Positions 48,550 through 61,194 of a DNA stretch of 64,000 nt are shown here, piece after piece. Position 1 is the first letter of the stretch, and the number at the start of each line of letters is the position of its first letter. Position numbers and translations under genes: made by a program. Below the pieces are notes generated by a model. It was not told the origin of the DNA. It ran no database searches and saw only the letters and a program-made list of their open reading frames with translations. This DNA is from Mobula hypostoma (Eukaryota): contig NC_086097.1 of the NCBI RefSeq assembly GCF_963921235.1, positions 168,952,001 to 169,016,000 of the forward strand, in the 5' to 3' direction.

Positions 48550-49805
48550 GTTTTTTCATTTTCATTTCTTGGTGGAAAGGACTGGAGGTAAAGGATATGG
48601 AGATTGGGGCAGTGGTATATTCCTCCTGTAGGATACGGGAGATTAGGGAACATTTTGAATATCCATGATGATTACTTCGGAGGGCCTAACACTAACTTGA
48701 TATGGGAGGGAGTGGGAGAATTGGGAAACATAGTAGCAATATAGCAGTTGGGAATTAAAAAAAAAGTGTAGAGGATACATCAAGCTATCCTGTGGCAGAG
48801 TAGATAGAGACACAGTGGGGAGCGTGGGAGGGACCGCAGGCTTAGATGCATTTACACTACTAGAAGAAGCCTCACAATCAAGGCAGATGATCTGAGAGCT
48901 GGGTCAGCACTCAGAATTTTTTTATTAGGGAGAACATAACATCAATACTTGGAGATGATATCATGGAGGGATCATCCAATAAGGATATACAGATAGAATT
49001 TAGGAATAAGGAAGAGAAGTGATCACTTTGCTGGGTCCAGAGGGAACAACTTCAGGATACTATGATGTACCTTTAGAACAGAAATGAGGAGGAATTTCTT
49101 TAGCCAGAGTGTAGTGAAAATTGTGGGATTCATTGCTGTATACTGCTGTGAAAGCCAAATCATTGGGTATATTTAACATGGAAGTTGATAGGTTTTTGAT
49201 TACTAAGGTCATCAAAGGATATGGGGAGAAGGCAGGAAAACAGGGTTGAGAGGGATTATAAATTCACCATGATGGAATGGTGGAGCAGATTTGATGGGAC
49301 AATTCTGCTCCTATGTTTTATGGTCTTATGGTCTCGCAGAAGTCAGCAGGACCTAGAGGAACAGGATTGGGAAGCAGATTACAGAAAAGATAGCAACAGG
49401 GTTACAGTGGGAGGGGATTTTAACTTTTCCAGTATTGACAGGGATTGCCTTTCAGCAAGGGGCTAGAATGGCATGGAATTTGTTAAGTGCATCCAAGGCA
49501 GTTTTTTTAAGCAATAGATCAATAGTCCTACTGCAGAGAGGGCTGTACTCAATCTTACCTTAGGAAATGAAACTGGACAGATGGTGGAAGTGGAAGTGTC
49601 AGTTAGATGGATTTTGGGAATAGTGATTATAATTCTATATGTTTGAAGGCAGTTATGGAAACAGTTAAGGTTGGTTCTTAAGTTATGGTCCTGAACTGGA
49701 GAAAGGCTGATTTCAATAGCTTAGGAGAGAACCTGGTGGTAGCAGACTGGGAACAGATGCTTGCAGGTAAAAGGCCAGATGACAAATGGGAGTCTTAAGA
49801 GAAAG
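48550..49805 (+). mobile_element. Decayed CR1 APE region with a CR1 3' end inserted (~49070-49333)
   Basis: VTVGGDFNFSSID and SDYN motifs; embedded RNFFSQ 3' piece with (ttatggtc)n tail; continues after 51254. Confidence 0.65.
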
Positions 49806-49880
49806 TTAGTAACAGGAACACACTTCATCAAAGTTGCTGGTGAACGCAGCAGGCCAGGCAGCAACTCTAGGAAGAGGTAC

Positions 49881-49916
49881 AGTCGACGTTTCAGGCCGAG
49901 ACCCTTCGTCAGGACT
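49881..49916 (-). ncRNA. Minimal type-I hammerhead ribozyme motif (intact core)
   Basis: Minus strand agtc-CTGACGA-agggtctcggcct-GAAA-cg-TC-gact. Confidence 0.7.
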
Positions 49917-51112
49917 AACTGAAGGAAGAGTTAGTAAGAGATTTGAAAGTGGGAGGGGGAGGAGGAGATCCAAAATGATAGGAGAAGACAGGAGGGGGAG
50001 GGATGGAGCCAAGAGCTGGACAGGTGATGGGCAAAAGGGGATATGAGAGGATCATGGGACAAGAGGCCCAGGGAGAAGGAAAGGGGGGGGAACCAGAGGA
50101 TGGGCAAGGGGTATAGTCAGAGGGACAGAGGGGAGAAAAAGGAGAGTGAGAGAAAGAATGTGTGTTTAAAAATACATAACGGATGGGGTACGAGGGGGAG
50201 GTGGGGCATTAGTGGAAGTTAGAGAAGTCAATGTTCATGCCATCAGGATGGATGCTACCCAGACGGAATATAAGGTGTTGTTCCTCCAACCTGAGTGTGG
50301 CTTCATCTTTACAGTAGAGGAGGCTGTGGGTAGACATGTCAGAATGGGAATGGGATATGGAATTAAAACATGTGGCCACTGGGAGATCCTGCTTTCTCTG
50401 GCAGACAGAGAGTAGATGTTCAGCAAAACGGTCTCCCAGTCTGCATCGGTCTCGCCAATATATAGAAGGCCACATCGGGAGCACCGGATGCAGTATATCA
50501 CCCCAGTCGACTCACAGGTGAAGTGTCACCTCACCAGTCTGGGGCCCTGAATGGTGGTAAGGGAGGAAGTGTAAGGGCATGTGTAGCACTTGTTCCGCTT
50601 ACAAGGACAAGTGCCAGTTCTCTGTCTGCCAGAGAAAGCAGGATCTCCCAGTGGCCACACATTTTAATTCTACGTCCCATTCCCATTCTGATGTGTCTAT
50701 CCACGGTCTCCTCTACTGTAAAGATGAAGCCACACTCAGGTTGGAGGAACAACACCTTATATTCCGTCTGGGTAGCCTCCAACCTGATGGCATGAACATT
50801 GACTTCTCTAACTTCCGCTAATGCCCCACCTCCACCTCGTACCCCATCTGTTATGTATTTTTATACACACCTTCTTTCTCTCACTCTCCTTTCTTTCCCC
50901 CTCTGTCCCTCTGACTATACCCCTTGCCCATCCTCAGGGTTTCTCCCCCCCCTTTTCCTTCTCCCTGGGCCTCCTGTCCCATGATCCTCTCAGATCCTCT
51001 TTGCCAATCACCTGTCCACCTCTCCATCCCTCCCCTCCTGTCTTCTCCTATCATTTTGGATCTCCCCCTCTCCCTTCCACTTTCAAATCTCTTACTAACT
51101 CTTCCTTCAGTT

Positions 51113-51148
51113 AGCCCTGATGAAGGGTCTCGGCCTGAAACATCGACT
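51113..51148 (+). ncRNA. Minimal hammerhead motif, partly mutated
   Basis: agcc-CTGATGA-agggtctcggcct-GAAA-ca-TC-gact; core intact, but the stem III palindrome and stem I carry substitutions. Confidence 0.55.
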
Positions 51149-51604
51149 GTACCTCTTCTTAGAGATGCTGCCTGGCCTGCTGCGTTCACCAGCAACTTTG
51201 ATCAACTTGAATTTCCAGCATCTGCAGAATTCCTCTTGTTTGCATTAGTAACAGCATATGGCCAATACATTCTAGCAAGAATGAAAGGCATAGATGGAAA
51301 GATGATTGAATATTGGATGGAAAAAAATGAGAAAAAAATGCATATAGCAGATAGAGCTAACTAGAATGACAGGAATCTCTGAGAAGTATGGATGTGTAGG
51401 GATAAAATGAGGAGGGCGAAAAGGGGCCATGGAATACTTTTGGCAATTAAGATTAAAGAGATTTCTCTGACATTTTATAAGTATATCAGGAGCAAGAGTG
51501 CAGTCTTGGAAAGACAGCAAGTCAGAACAGACAATGTTTACTGTCCTAGCTTCATAAGTCTTCTTGCTTAGCTCTTCAAAAAACTCAATCAAATTAGGAA
51601 GACA

Positions 51605-52406
51605 GGGTAAGTGCGAAGTGGTTCATTTTGGTAGGTCAAATATGATGGCAGAATATAGTATTAATAGTAAGACTCTTGGCAGTGTGGAGGATCAGAGGGA
51701 TCTTGGGGTCTGAGTCCCTAGGACGCTCAAAGCAGCCGCACAGGTTGACTCTGTGGTTAAGAAGGCATACGGTGTATTGACCTTCATTAATTGTGGAATT
51801 GAATTTAGGAGCCGAGAGGTAATGTTGTAGCTATATAGGACCCTAGTCAGACCCCACTTGGAGTACTCTGCTCATTTCTGGTCACCTTACTACAGGAAAG
51901 ATGTGGAAACTATAGAAAGGGTGCAGAGGAGATTTACAAGAATGTTGCCTGGATTGGGGAGCATGCCTTATGAAAACAGGTTGAGTGAACTCGACCTTTT
52001 CTCTATGGAGCAAAAGAGGATGAGAGGTGACCTGATAGAGGTGTATAAGATTATGAGAGGCATTGATTGTGTGGATAGTCAGGGGAGGCTTTTTCCCAGG
52101 GCTGAAATGGTTGCCACAAGAGGACACAGGTTTAAGATGCTGGGGAGTAGGTACAGAGGAGATGTCAGGGGTAAGTTTTTTTTACACAGAGAGTGGTGAG
52201 TGTGTGGAATGGGCTGCTGGCAACAGTGGTGGAGGTGGATATAATAGGGTCTTTTAACAGCCTTTTGGATAGGTACATGGAGTTTAGTAAAATAGAGGGC
52301 TATGGATAAGCCTAGTAATTTCTAAGGTAGGGACATGTTCGGCACAACTTTATAGGCCGAAAGCTCTGTATTTTGCTGTATGTTTTCTATGTTTCTATGT
52401 TTCTAT
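51605..52406 (+). mobile_element. CR1 LINE 3' fragment
   Basis: KCEVVHFG; ORF 51858-52199 EYSAHFWSPYYRKD...RGDLIEVYKIM; tail (tttctatg)n. Confidence 0.9.
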
Positions 52407-52779
52407 TTTCCAATCAAAAGCCATATTATCCCTGATCAACTTCTGTTTTTCCAAATACATGTAAATCCTACCCCTTCAGACTTTCTCCATTAATTTCCCT
52501 TCCACTAATGCAAAGCTCTCTGGCCCATAGCTACTTGATTGACTTATCCCTGTTTTCGTTTCCAAATAAAGGATTTAACAACATTAGCTATCCTCACTAG
52601 TGGTTAATAAAGATGAAAAAATCACTAACAGGGCTCTAGCAATCTCTTTTTTTGTTTCCATCTAGCCCATGGATTTATCAACATGTTGGATGTCAATGGA
52701 CTTTAACATGTTATGTTATATGCTCCATGACATCCAACGCGTCCTCATTTTTAACACTGACCTGCTCCAGATTGTTCAG

Positions 52780-53820
52780 AATCAAAATCAAGTTTAATAT
52801 CACCAGCATACATTGTGAAATTTGTTCTCGTGTGGCAGCAGTACATTGCAATACCTTATACATATATTTAGACCATAAGGTATCGGAGCAGAATTAGGTC
52901 ATTTGGCCCTTCGAATCCGCTCCACTTCAAAAAGTTTAATTAAATAAATAGTGCAAAATGAGAAGAAAAAGTAGTGAGGTAGTGTTCATGAGTTAAATGT
53001 CCATTCATAAATCTGATGGCAGAGGGGAAGAAGCTATTCCTGAATTGTTGAGCGTGTGTCTTCAGGCTCCTGCATATTCTCACTGATGAGAAGAGGGCAT
53101 GTTCTGGGTAATAGGGCTTTTTAATGATGCTGCCTTTTTGAGGCATAGCTTGTTGAAGATGTCCTGAATGTTGGGGAGGTTAGTGCCCAAGAGGGAGCTG
53201 ACTGAGTTCACAACTTTCTGCAGCTTATTTTGATCATGCACTTCATCACCATGGATGTGAGTTGTACTGAACGATAGTCGATAAGGCAGTTCACCTTGCT
53301 CTTCTTAGGCATTGGTATGATTGCCACCCTTTTGAAGAAGGTGGGAAGTTCCGACAGTAGCAATGAGAGATTGAAAATGTCTTTGAACATCACCCACCAG
53401 TTGGTTGGCACAGGTTTTCAGAGCCTTACCAGGTAGTGTTGAAATTGCGGGGGCCCTGGCAGAAATATTTAAAATGTCGCTGTCTACGGGTGAAGTGCCG
53501 GAGGATTGGAGAGTGGCTCATGTTGTTCCGTTGTTTAAAAAAGGATTGAAAAGTAATCCGGGAAATTATAGGCTGGTGAGTTTAACGTCGGTAGTAGGTA
53601 AGTTATTGGAGGGAGTACTAAGAGACAGAATCTATAAGCTCTTGAGATAGCCCTCCATATGTTGTAACTGGCCTTCTTGTATGGTCCTGGATCACTCGAC
53701 TTGAATACCACAGATCTAGCCCTCAGCAGACTATGAATCTCCGGGTTCATCCATGGCTTTTGATTCAGGTATGTATGGTATGCTCTTGTAGGCACACACT
53801 CATGTACAGGGGTTTTAATG
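52780..53820 (-). mobile_element. Rex1/Babar-type LINE pieces with an embedded plus-strand CR1 fragment (~53436-53635)
   Basis: QQFRNSFFPSAIR; FKDIFNLSL; NQKPWMN; embedded VEIAGALAEIF...EVPEDWRVAHVVPLFKKG. Confidence 0.7.
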
Positions 53821-54655
53821 AACTGTGCCAATCATTGTTTAATTCAATTTAAAATTGTTCACTGTTATTATTTAACAAAGGAGAGGCTATCCAAAATATT
53901 TCCTAATATAGACAATTATTGTGATAGGTGTAAAAATGAAGTAGCTACTTTGTCACATATGTTCTGGTCATGTCCCCCATTGAAATCTTTTTGGAAAATT
54001 ATTTTCTACAATTTCTAAAGCTTTGAAAATTAATTTACAACCTAATACATTGACTGTTCTATTTGGAATAGTTCCGCATCATATTCAGGGTATTTCATTT
54101 TCAAACCAACATGTAATTGCATTCATTACATTGTTGGCAAGAAGGGCTATTTTATTGAATTGGAAAGATACCTCAGCTCCTACACTAATTCAATGGTTTT
54201 CCCAAGTAATGTTATGTCTTAGATTGGAGAAAAATTAGAAGTAGAACTTTTGATCCCCGACTCGATTTTGAGAGAAGGTGGGGCTCTTTTGCCAAATATT
54301 ATCATTTAATTTGAATTAATTTATATGGTTTCCTTCCAATTTTATGTTATATAAATGTGATTTGGCGGCTGTTGTTGTTTTTTCTCTCCTTTATATATAT
54401 AGATGATTGTAAGACGTATTGCTCCAGGAGTTGGTTCCTAATGGGGTTTTTTTTTGTAGTTAGTGGGGTTTTTTTAAGTTAGTTGGGGTTCTCTTTTTTC
54501 CTTCTTTTTCTTATACAAATTTTTTTTCATTAGTATATACAAGTCTTTTTTTCTTCAGCTTTATTAATTATATGTACACTAATTTGTTGAACTTTTGTAT
54601 TTTATAGCTGTAGAAGATTATACGTCTGTACATCAATAAAAAGATTTTAAAAATG
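53820..54655 (+). mobile_element. L1/Tx1-type LINE 3' fragment
   Basis: LIQFKIVH...CDRCKNEVATLSHMFWSCP Cys/His knuckle; LLARRAILLNWK; T-rich 3' UTR and caataaaaag. Confidence 0.8.
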
Positions 54656-54749
54656 ATATGTAATGGAATATTCATTCAGACTTGGAGATGAACCCCTGAA
54701 TCCTGCCTAGTACACCGACTCAAGGCAGTCCTATAAGCACTTCTAAGAC

Positions 54750-56881
54750 GATAAGAGATAAGAGCAGAATTAGGCCATTTGGCCAATTATGTCTGCTTTG
54801 CCATTTCAGCATAGCTGATCCATTTCTCTCTCAGCCCCAATCCCTGACTTCTCCCCATATCCCTTCACGCCCTGGCTAATCAAGAATGTAACAACCTCTG
54901 CCTTAAATAAAGCCAATGACATGACCTTCACAGCTGCCTATAGAGACGAGTTCCACAGATTCACTACTCTCTGGCTAAAGAAATTCCTCCTAATCTCCTT
55001 TCTAAAAGGACGCCCCTTTATTCTGAGGCTGTGTCCTCTGGTCCTAGACTCTGCCACCATAAGAAACATCCTCTCCACAACCATTCTATTAAGATCTTTC
55101 ACAATTTGGTAGGTTTCAATGAGGTCACCCCTAATTCTTATGAACTGAAGTGAATACAGGCCGAGAGCCATCAAATGCTCTTCATATGACTGGTCCTTCA
55201 ATCCTGGAATCATTTTCATGAACCTCCTTTGAACCCTCTCCAATGTCAGCACATCCTTTCAAATAGAAGAGGCCCAAAACTGCTCACAATATTCCAAGTG
55301 AGGTCTCACCAGTGCTTTATAAATCCTCGACATTACATCCTTGCTTTTATATTCTAGTTCTCTCAAAATGAATGCCAACATTGCATTTGTCTTCCTCATC
55401 ACTGACTCAACCTGCAAATTAGCCTTAATGGAATCCAGCATGAGGACTCCCAAATCTCTTTGCATCTCAGATTTCTGAATTTTAGGAAATAGTCTACCAA
55501 AGTACATGACAATAAGCTTCCTGACACTGTATTCCATCTGCCACTACTTTGGCAATTCTCCTAAGCTGTCTAAATCTTTCTATAGTCTCTCTGCTTCCTC
55601 AATACTACTTGCCCCTCCACCTATCTTCAGATTGTCCACAAATCTGGCCACAGAGCTACTAATTCTGTCATCCAAATCATTCACCTATAATGTAAAGAGA
55701 AGTGATGCCAACGCATACCCCGTGGAACACCACTAGTCACCAGCAATCAACCAGAAAAGGCTCCCTTTATTTCTACGCTTGGCCTCCTACCAATTAGCCA
55801 ATAGTAGTATCTTTCCTGTAATACCATGAGCTCTTAATCTGTTAAGCAATCTCATATGTGGCACCTTGTCAAAGGCCTTCTGAAAATCCAAGTACATAAT
55901 GTCCATCAATTCTCCTTTGTCTATCCTGCTTGTTATTTCTTCAAAGAATTCCAACAGTTCTGTCAGATAAAACTTTCCCTCAAGGAAACCATGCTGACTA
56001 CAGCCTATTTAATCATGTGCCTCCAAACCAGAAACACCAAAACCAGATCCTTAACAATTGTTTCCAACATTTTCCCAACCACTGAGGTCAGACTATCTAG
56101 CCAATAATTTCCTCTCTTCTGCCTCTCCCTCTTCTTAAAGAGTAGAGTGACATTTGCCATTTTCCAGTCTTCCAGAACCTAGCGATTCTTGAAAGATCTT
56201 TACTCATGCTTCCACAATCTCTTCAGCCACCTCTTTCAGAATGCTAGGGTGTAGACCATCTGGTCCAGGTGACTTCTCCCTAGTAATGGTAACTTCACTC
56301 ACTCTTGCCCCTTGACTCTCTCAAACTTCCAGCATACTGCTAGTGTCTTCCACAGGAAGAATGATGCAACATACTAATTCAGTTTGTCCACCATTTCCTT
56401 CTTCCCCCCACCTCCACCCACTACTACCTCTCCAGTATCATTTTCCAGTGGTCCGATATCTACTCTTGCCTTTCTTTTACACTTTATATATCTGAAGAAA
56501 CTTTTGATATACTCTTTAATATTATTAGCTAGCTTACCATTGTATTCCATCATGTCCTTCTTTATGAATTTTTAGTTGCTTTCTATTGTTTTTTTAAAAG
56601 CTTCCCAATCTTCTAGATTCCTACTAATATTTGTTCTATTATTTGCCCTCCCTTTGGCTTTTATGTTGGCTTTGACTTTTCTTGTTAGCCTCAGTTACAT
56701 CATCCTGCATTTAGAATACTACTTCTTCTTTGGGCTGTGTCTATCCTGCACCTTCCAAATTGCTCCAGAAACTCCTGCCATTGCTGCTCTGCCATTATCT
56801 CTGCTAGTGTTCCTTTCCAATCAATTTCAGCCAGATCCTCTCTCATGTCTCTGTAATTCCTTTGATACATCTGACTTTAGC
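54750..56881 (-). mobile_element. CR1 LINE fragment
   Basis: ORFs 54938-55252 (LERVQRRF...RNFFSQRVVNLWNS) and 55259-55537 (YKALVRPHLEYC). Confidence 0.85.
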
Positions 56882-58585
56882 TTTTTCTTTTTTTTTGTAA
56901 TTTATTTTTATTGAAGTTCATCATCAAACAAATATTTCCATAAGATGTATTTCAGATATTGTACATATATATCATATAATCATATTTGCCACAAATCTCC
57001 ACATAATATTTATCTGAGGTATATACCTATAGAAAAGCGAGGAAAGAAAGAACAAGCAAAAGGAGAAAACTGTGTACAGAGTAGGGAGTGATCTTTTTTT
57101 TACAACATATTCATTGATTTGTGAGAATAAAATCAGGCCTATGAGATGTTATGTAGTTGAACCATTTTTCCCAGTATGAATCAAATTGTTCCAATTTATG
57201 ATTAACAGATTATTAATTATCTTCTCCATTTTGTAAATGTCCATTGTAATTTCCATCCATGCGTTTAAAGTTGGGCTCTCCTGTGATAACCATTTCCTGG
57301 TGAGAGTCTTTTTACCAGCCACCAGCAGTATATTCATTAAATATTTATCTCTTTTCAACCATTCTTGAGGTACATACCCAAAATATATGGTCTTACTTTC
57401 TAAGGGTATTTCACATTTAAAGATGTCTTTTAGGGCATTGTGTATCCCACTCCAATAGTCTTTGATAACGAGGCAATCCCAGAAAATATGATAATGGTCT
57501 GCATTTTGATTTCCACAATTTCTCCAGCAAACAGAGAGATTACTATCATAATGGGATTTCTGAGAGGGTGTAATAAAACATCTTATCAAGTTTTTCCATC
57601 TGAACTCCCTCCATTTCTGTGAACTGGTACACTTCCATTGATATCTCCATATTATTGTCCATTCTTCCTCCAATATAATTATCCCTACTTCCTTCTCCCA
57701 TTTTGTTTTAATGTATGAAGTCGAATGTGTTTTAAGATTTGACAAACCTTTATCCATGCTTGAGATGATTCTACTACCGTTATCTGAATTATATGCTTTT
57801 CTAAATAATTCTATCAAACATGTGTAACCGGGTGACCTTATTCAGTATCGTTAAAAGTGTACTTACACGTCCATCCGGGTAATGCTAGAATAGTTGTCTG
57901 TGCCTTTAAGGGAGACGGTGAAGTCATTACCCATACGCGGGATAGTGGGGAGACCATTTCGTTTTCTGCTGAAGACGCTGGTGGGGCGTTGGAATCTGGT
58001 CTCTCCCAGAGTGTGCTGGGCATTGTGAGGAAAGGTGAGCATTAATTGACGATATCCATGTGAATTCATTTATTCTTGCTGGCGAATTGAGAATATCGGT
58101 AGTTTGACATGTTTTACATGTGGATGCTTTAGGTTTTCTGTAGTGAATGACTCAACGCTGGATCACGTGGCTTGGGCAAAGTTCCTCACCAGCCAAGTAT
58201 GTCATTCTTCCTGTAATTTAACTACCAGGCAATATCTTGTAAAAGTTGCGCCAAAGTGTACCTTTTGTCTAACTTTATTGTATCAGGACTGATTGTGCAT
58301 GTAACCGCGTAACGTGAATGTTTAGTCTCTGTTCGGAAGTTCAGCACGTGTGTACGTCTTAGATGAGATGTATTCACTTACATTTTTCGCTTTTATGTAT
58401 AAGATGCAGGGTGGGTGGGATTCTAATGTTGTTTGTATTGTGTTCTTTCAGGATTGCCACTACTGTATTTGTACTGTATTAGTTCTGGTATTTTTTATAC
58501 TGCATACGCAACTCTGTCCATACACAAGGGTGTGGATCGAAAGTTAAACTGAGACTGTAACGGCAAGAACTGGTTGTAAATTCAT

Positions 58586-58699
58586 TCGCAAACAAGAGGA
58601 ATCCTGACGAAGGGTCTCGGCCTGAAACGTCAACTGTACCTCTTCCTAGAGATGCTGCCTGGCCTGCTGCGTTCACCAGCAACTTTGATGTGAGTTGCC
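58586..58699 (+). mobile_element. 114-bp PLE mini-insertion carrying a hammerhead core, in the 5' LTR only
   Basis: 11-bp TSD tgtaaattcat at 58575-58585 and 58700-58710; the 3' LTR has the empty site near 63585. Confidence 0.9.
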
Positions 58700-58826
58700 T
58701 GTAAATTCATACGTTTTGTTTCGCGACCCTCTACTGGCACTTAAACATCGAAAACCGATAAAGGAATTAAAACTCGAAAAAGTCTTTGTTGTCCTGAGCA
58801 TGTACTTTTCCCCAGGCTACAAAATC

Positions 58827-58845
58827 TGGTACCAGGAGTGGGGTT
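58827..58845 (+). promoter_or_regulatory. Primer-binding site, tRNA-Leu(UAA)
   Basis: tggtaccaggagtggggtt is complementary to the vertebrate tRNA-Leu(UAA) 3' end ...AACCCCACTCCTGGTACCA (tRNA sequence recalled from memory). Confidence 0.85.
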
Positions 58846-59149
58846 AATTCCAAGCCAGTTGAGAGGGTCTCTGATTGCTGTATGCAGTATAATATACAGT
58901 ACCTAATACAGTAGTGGTGAAGACAGTACCATGTTCCCGTTGGGAGGAAGGAGAGAGTGCGGTAGAGCCACGTGGAAAACGCGCTGGAGCCTCGGGAACG
59001 GGCCGGGACATCAACGACTGACGTCAGGACGCAGAGCGGTGATGTGGACCCCAGGAACTGTGGGCCGTGAAGCCAGCGCGTTTGCAGCAAAGGATGGCAG
59101 CAACTCCTTTTGCAGGCTTGTGTGCACTTTAAAGACTTAAGCTTTTACT

Positions 59150-60131
59150 ATGTCACACTCAGAGGACATACTAGTTGAACTTGAGTTGAATGAACAAATT
59201 AGGGAATTGCGTAGTAGGTATGATGAAGCCATGGCAACCATAGATAAATTAAGCAAAAGGTCCTATGTATATGTCCCAAGGGAAAGACACATTGTTCCAT
59301 TTATGGGGGATGTTGATAACTTTATTGAAGAAGTACAATGTGCACATCATAGTAGAAATCAGTCTGACCAGGATCAGTATGACTTTGTTATGTCCCTGCT
59401 CAGGGCTGCAGCCTTAGATGAAGCACGTATGCGCAGTGATGCTGGGGAAGACCCCGCTGATGACTTGTTCACCTATCTCAGGGAAGCTTTTAGAGACAAG
59501 CGTAATGCACCCCAGCAGTGGCATAGCTTCTACAGTCGCAAACAGCGTGAGGGTGAAGATGTAATAGAGTTTTCACATGCCCTAGCCCAAGCTCTTAACT
59601 TGATACTGAAGCACTTCCCTGATGCTGTGACCGATAAGAGAGTGGTGCTAAGAGATCAATTTATAGAGGGGATCAGGGATTCTTCCCTCAGAAGGGAGCT
59701 CCACAGATTCGTGCGGGGCCACCCTGAGTCCTCAATGATAGTAGTGAGGGAGGGGGCTCGTCTGTGGCTTGTAGAAGAGCCCCTGGGAAGTCAAAGTGTA
59801 GCAGTGGCCAGGCACAGTGCTTGCATTGGGGCTTAAAGCTTGGGAATCTGAGTCTGTCACACTAGATGATGTCCTTAAAGTGGTCGCAGAGCAGGGCAAA
59901 GCCCTTTGTGAATTGACTCAAGCAGTGAAAGATCTCACTGTGCAGAGGGATTTTACACATGCTACTCACAGCAGATGTAATTTACAGCCTAGGTTCACAG
60001 AGGATGGGCAACCAATATGTTTCAAGTGTCAGGTGGGAGGGCATTTGGCCAAGAATTGCCCACGGAAGGGAAGTGGAGTCTGCATCCTCCTCCCCTCAAG
60101 AGGTTGGGAGTCGGGCAATTCGGCGGAACCT
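59150..60131 (+). pseudogene. Gypsy gag with CCHC zinc knuckle (frameshift near 59830)
   Basis: YVYVPRER; FYSRKQREGE; LRDQFIEGIRD; CFKCQVGGHLAKNC. Confidence 0.85.
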
Positions 60132-60136
60132 CATAG

Positions 60137-61157
60137 TGTCATGGTCCGGTCCGCGAAGTCCGTATTCCAGTTCACGGTCTGGTCCATCAACTCTAGCTCC
60201 AGGTTTTCCTGTCTACCCTGTTTCTGTTCTTGTGGAGCTCTAACTGAAGTAGCTGATGCTCATTGGGGCTGGCTGCATAAATACCTTCAGAGACCAGGGC
60301 ATGGCTGCTGGATTGTTCTTGTCCTTACTCCTTGTATCCTTTCCTCTGCCTTCTGTTTCCTCACCTGAAGCCCTGCCTTGTCTTGCCGGTAACTCTCGTC
60401 TCACCTGAAGTTCTCATCTCGCCTTGCATTGTCTGAAGCCTTGCCTTGTCTTGCTGGTAACTCTCACCTTGGCTCGCCTGCAGTCTTGTCCTGGAGCTAC
60501 CCTGTACCTAGCTCCCTTCCTGTCCCTTGCCTCCGCCCAGGTAAGTCAGGCCGTCTTGCCGTTACCTGCAGTTGGTTGTGTCCCTTCCTGTCCCTTGCCT
60601 CCGTCGGGTAAGCCAGGCCGTCTTGCCGTTACCTGCAGTTGGTTCTGTCCCTTCCTGTCCCATGCCTCCATCGGGTGGTGATCCGCGCCCTGCCGAGGAG
60701 TACCGCGCCCTGCCCAGGAGGAGCCTGCCTAGCCACAAGCCTGAAGACTCCAGCCTCCTGCCTAGCCTCAAGCCAGAAGACTCCAGCCTCCTGCCAAGCC
60801 TCACCTCAAGACTCTAGCCTCTAGCCTCAAGCCTGACGACCCCAGTCCCTTGCCTCCTGCCAAGCCTCGTCTCTAGCCTCTAGCCTGAAGACTCCACCCT
60901 CATCCTGCCTGCCTGCCAAGTCACGTCCTTGCCTAGTTCTGGGGTCCGAGCCAGAGGCAAGACCCAGGTACTGGTCCTTGTCCAGTCTCTGGCTCGGAGT
61001 CCAAGCCCGGGCTCCTAGCTCTCTTGTCCAGTCCTGTTCCGGGTTCCCGGTTTTCGTGTCCATGTCCTTGCCCTCAGCCTGTATCCTAGTCCTGTCCCTA
61101 GTACATCAGTGTCTGTGTCTTGCACTTGGGTCCGTTCCCAGCCACTGCTTTATGACA
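60137..61157. mobile_element. Solo-LTR-like insertion with internal minisatellites at the gag-pol junction
   Basis: TGTCAT...ATGACA terminal inverted hexamer; 5-bp TSD catag at 60132-60136 and 61158-61162; tandem units at 60515-60900. Confidence 0.8.
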
Positions 61158-61194
61158 CATAGATGCAGATAATGTACAGCTATCCCGTGACCAG

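Larger units (their letters stand above)
49816..51244. mobile_element. Large inverted (tails-out) PLE insertion with GIY-YIG remnants
   Basis: Minus arm ~49816-50615 (IYCIRCSRCGLLYIGET), plus arm ~50616-51244; 10-bp TSD ttagtaacag at 49806-49815 and 51245-51254. Confidence 0.9.

Noticed and set aside
60515..60900. CRISPR-like array
   Set aside because: Tandem minisatellite units without unique spacers, in vertebrate DNA
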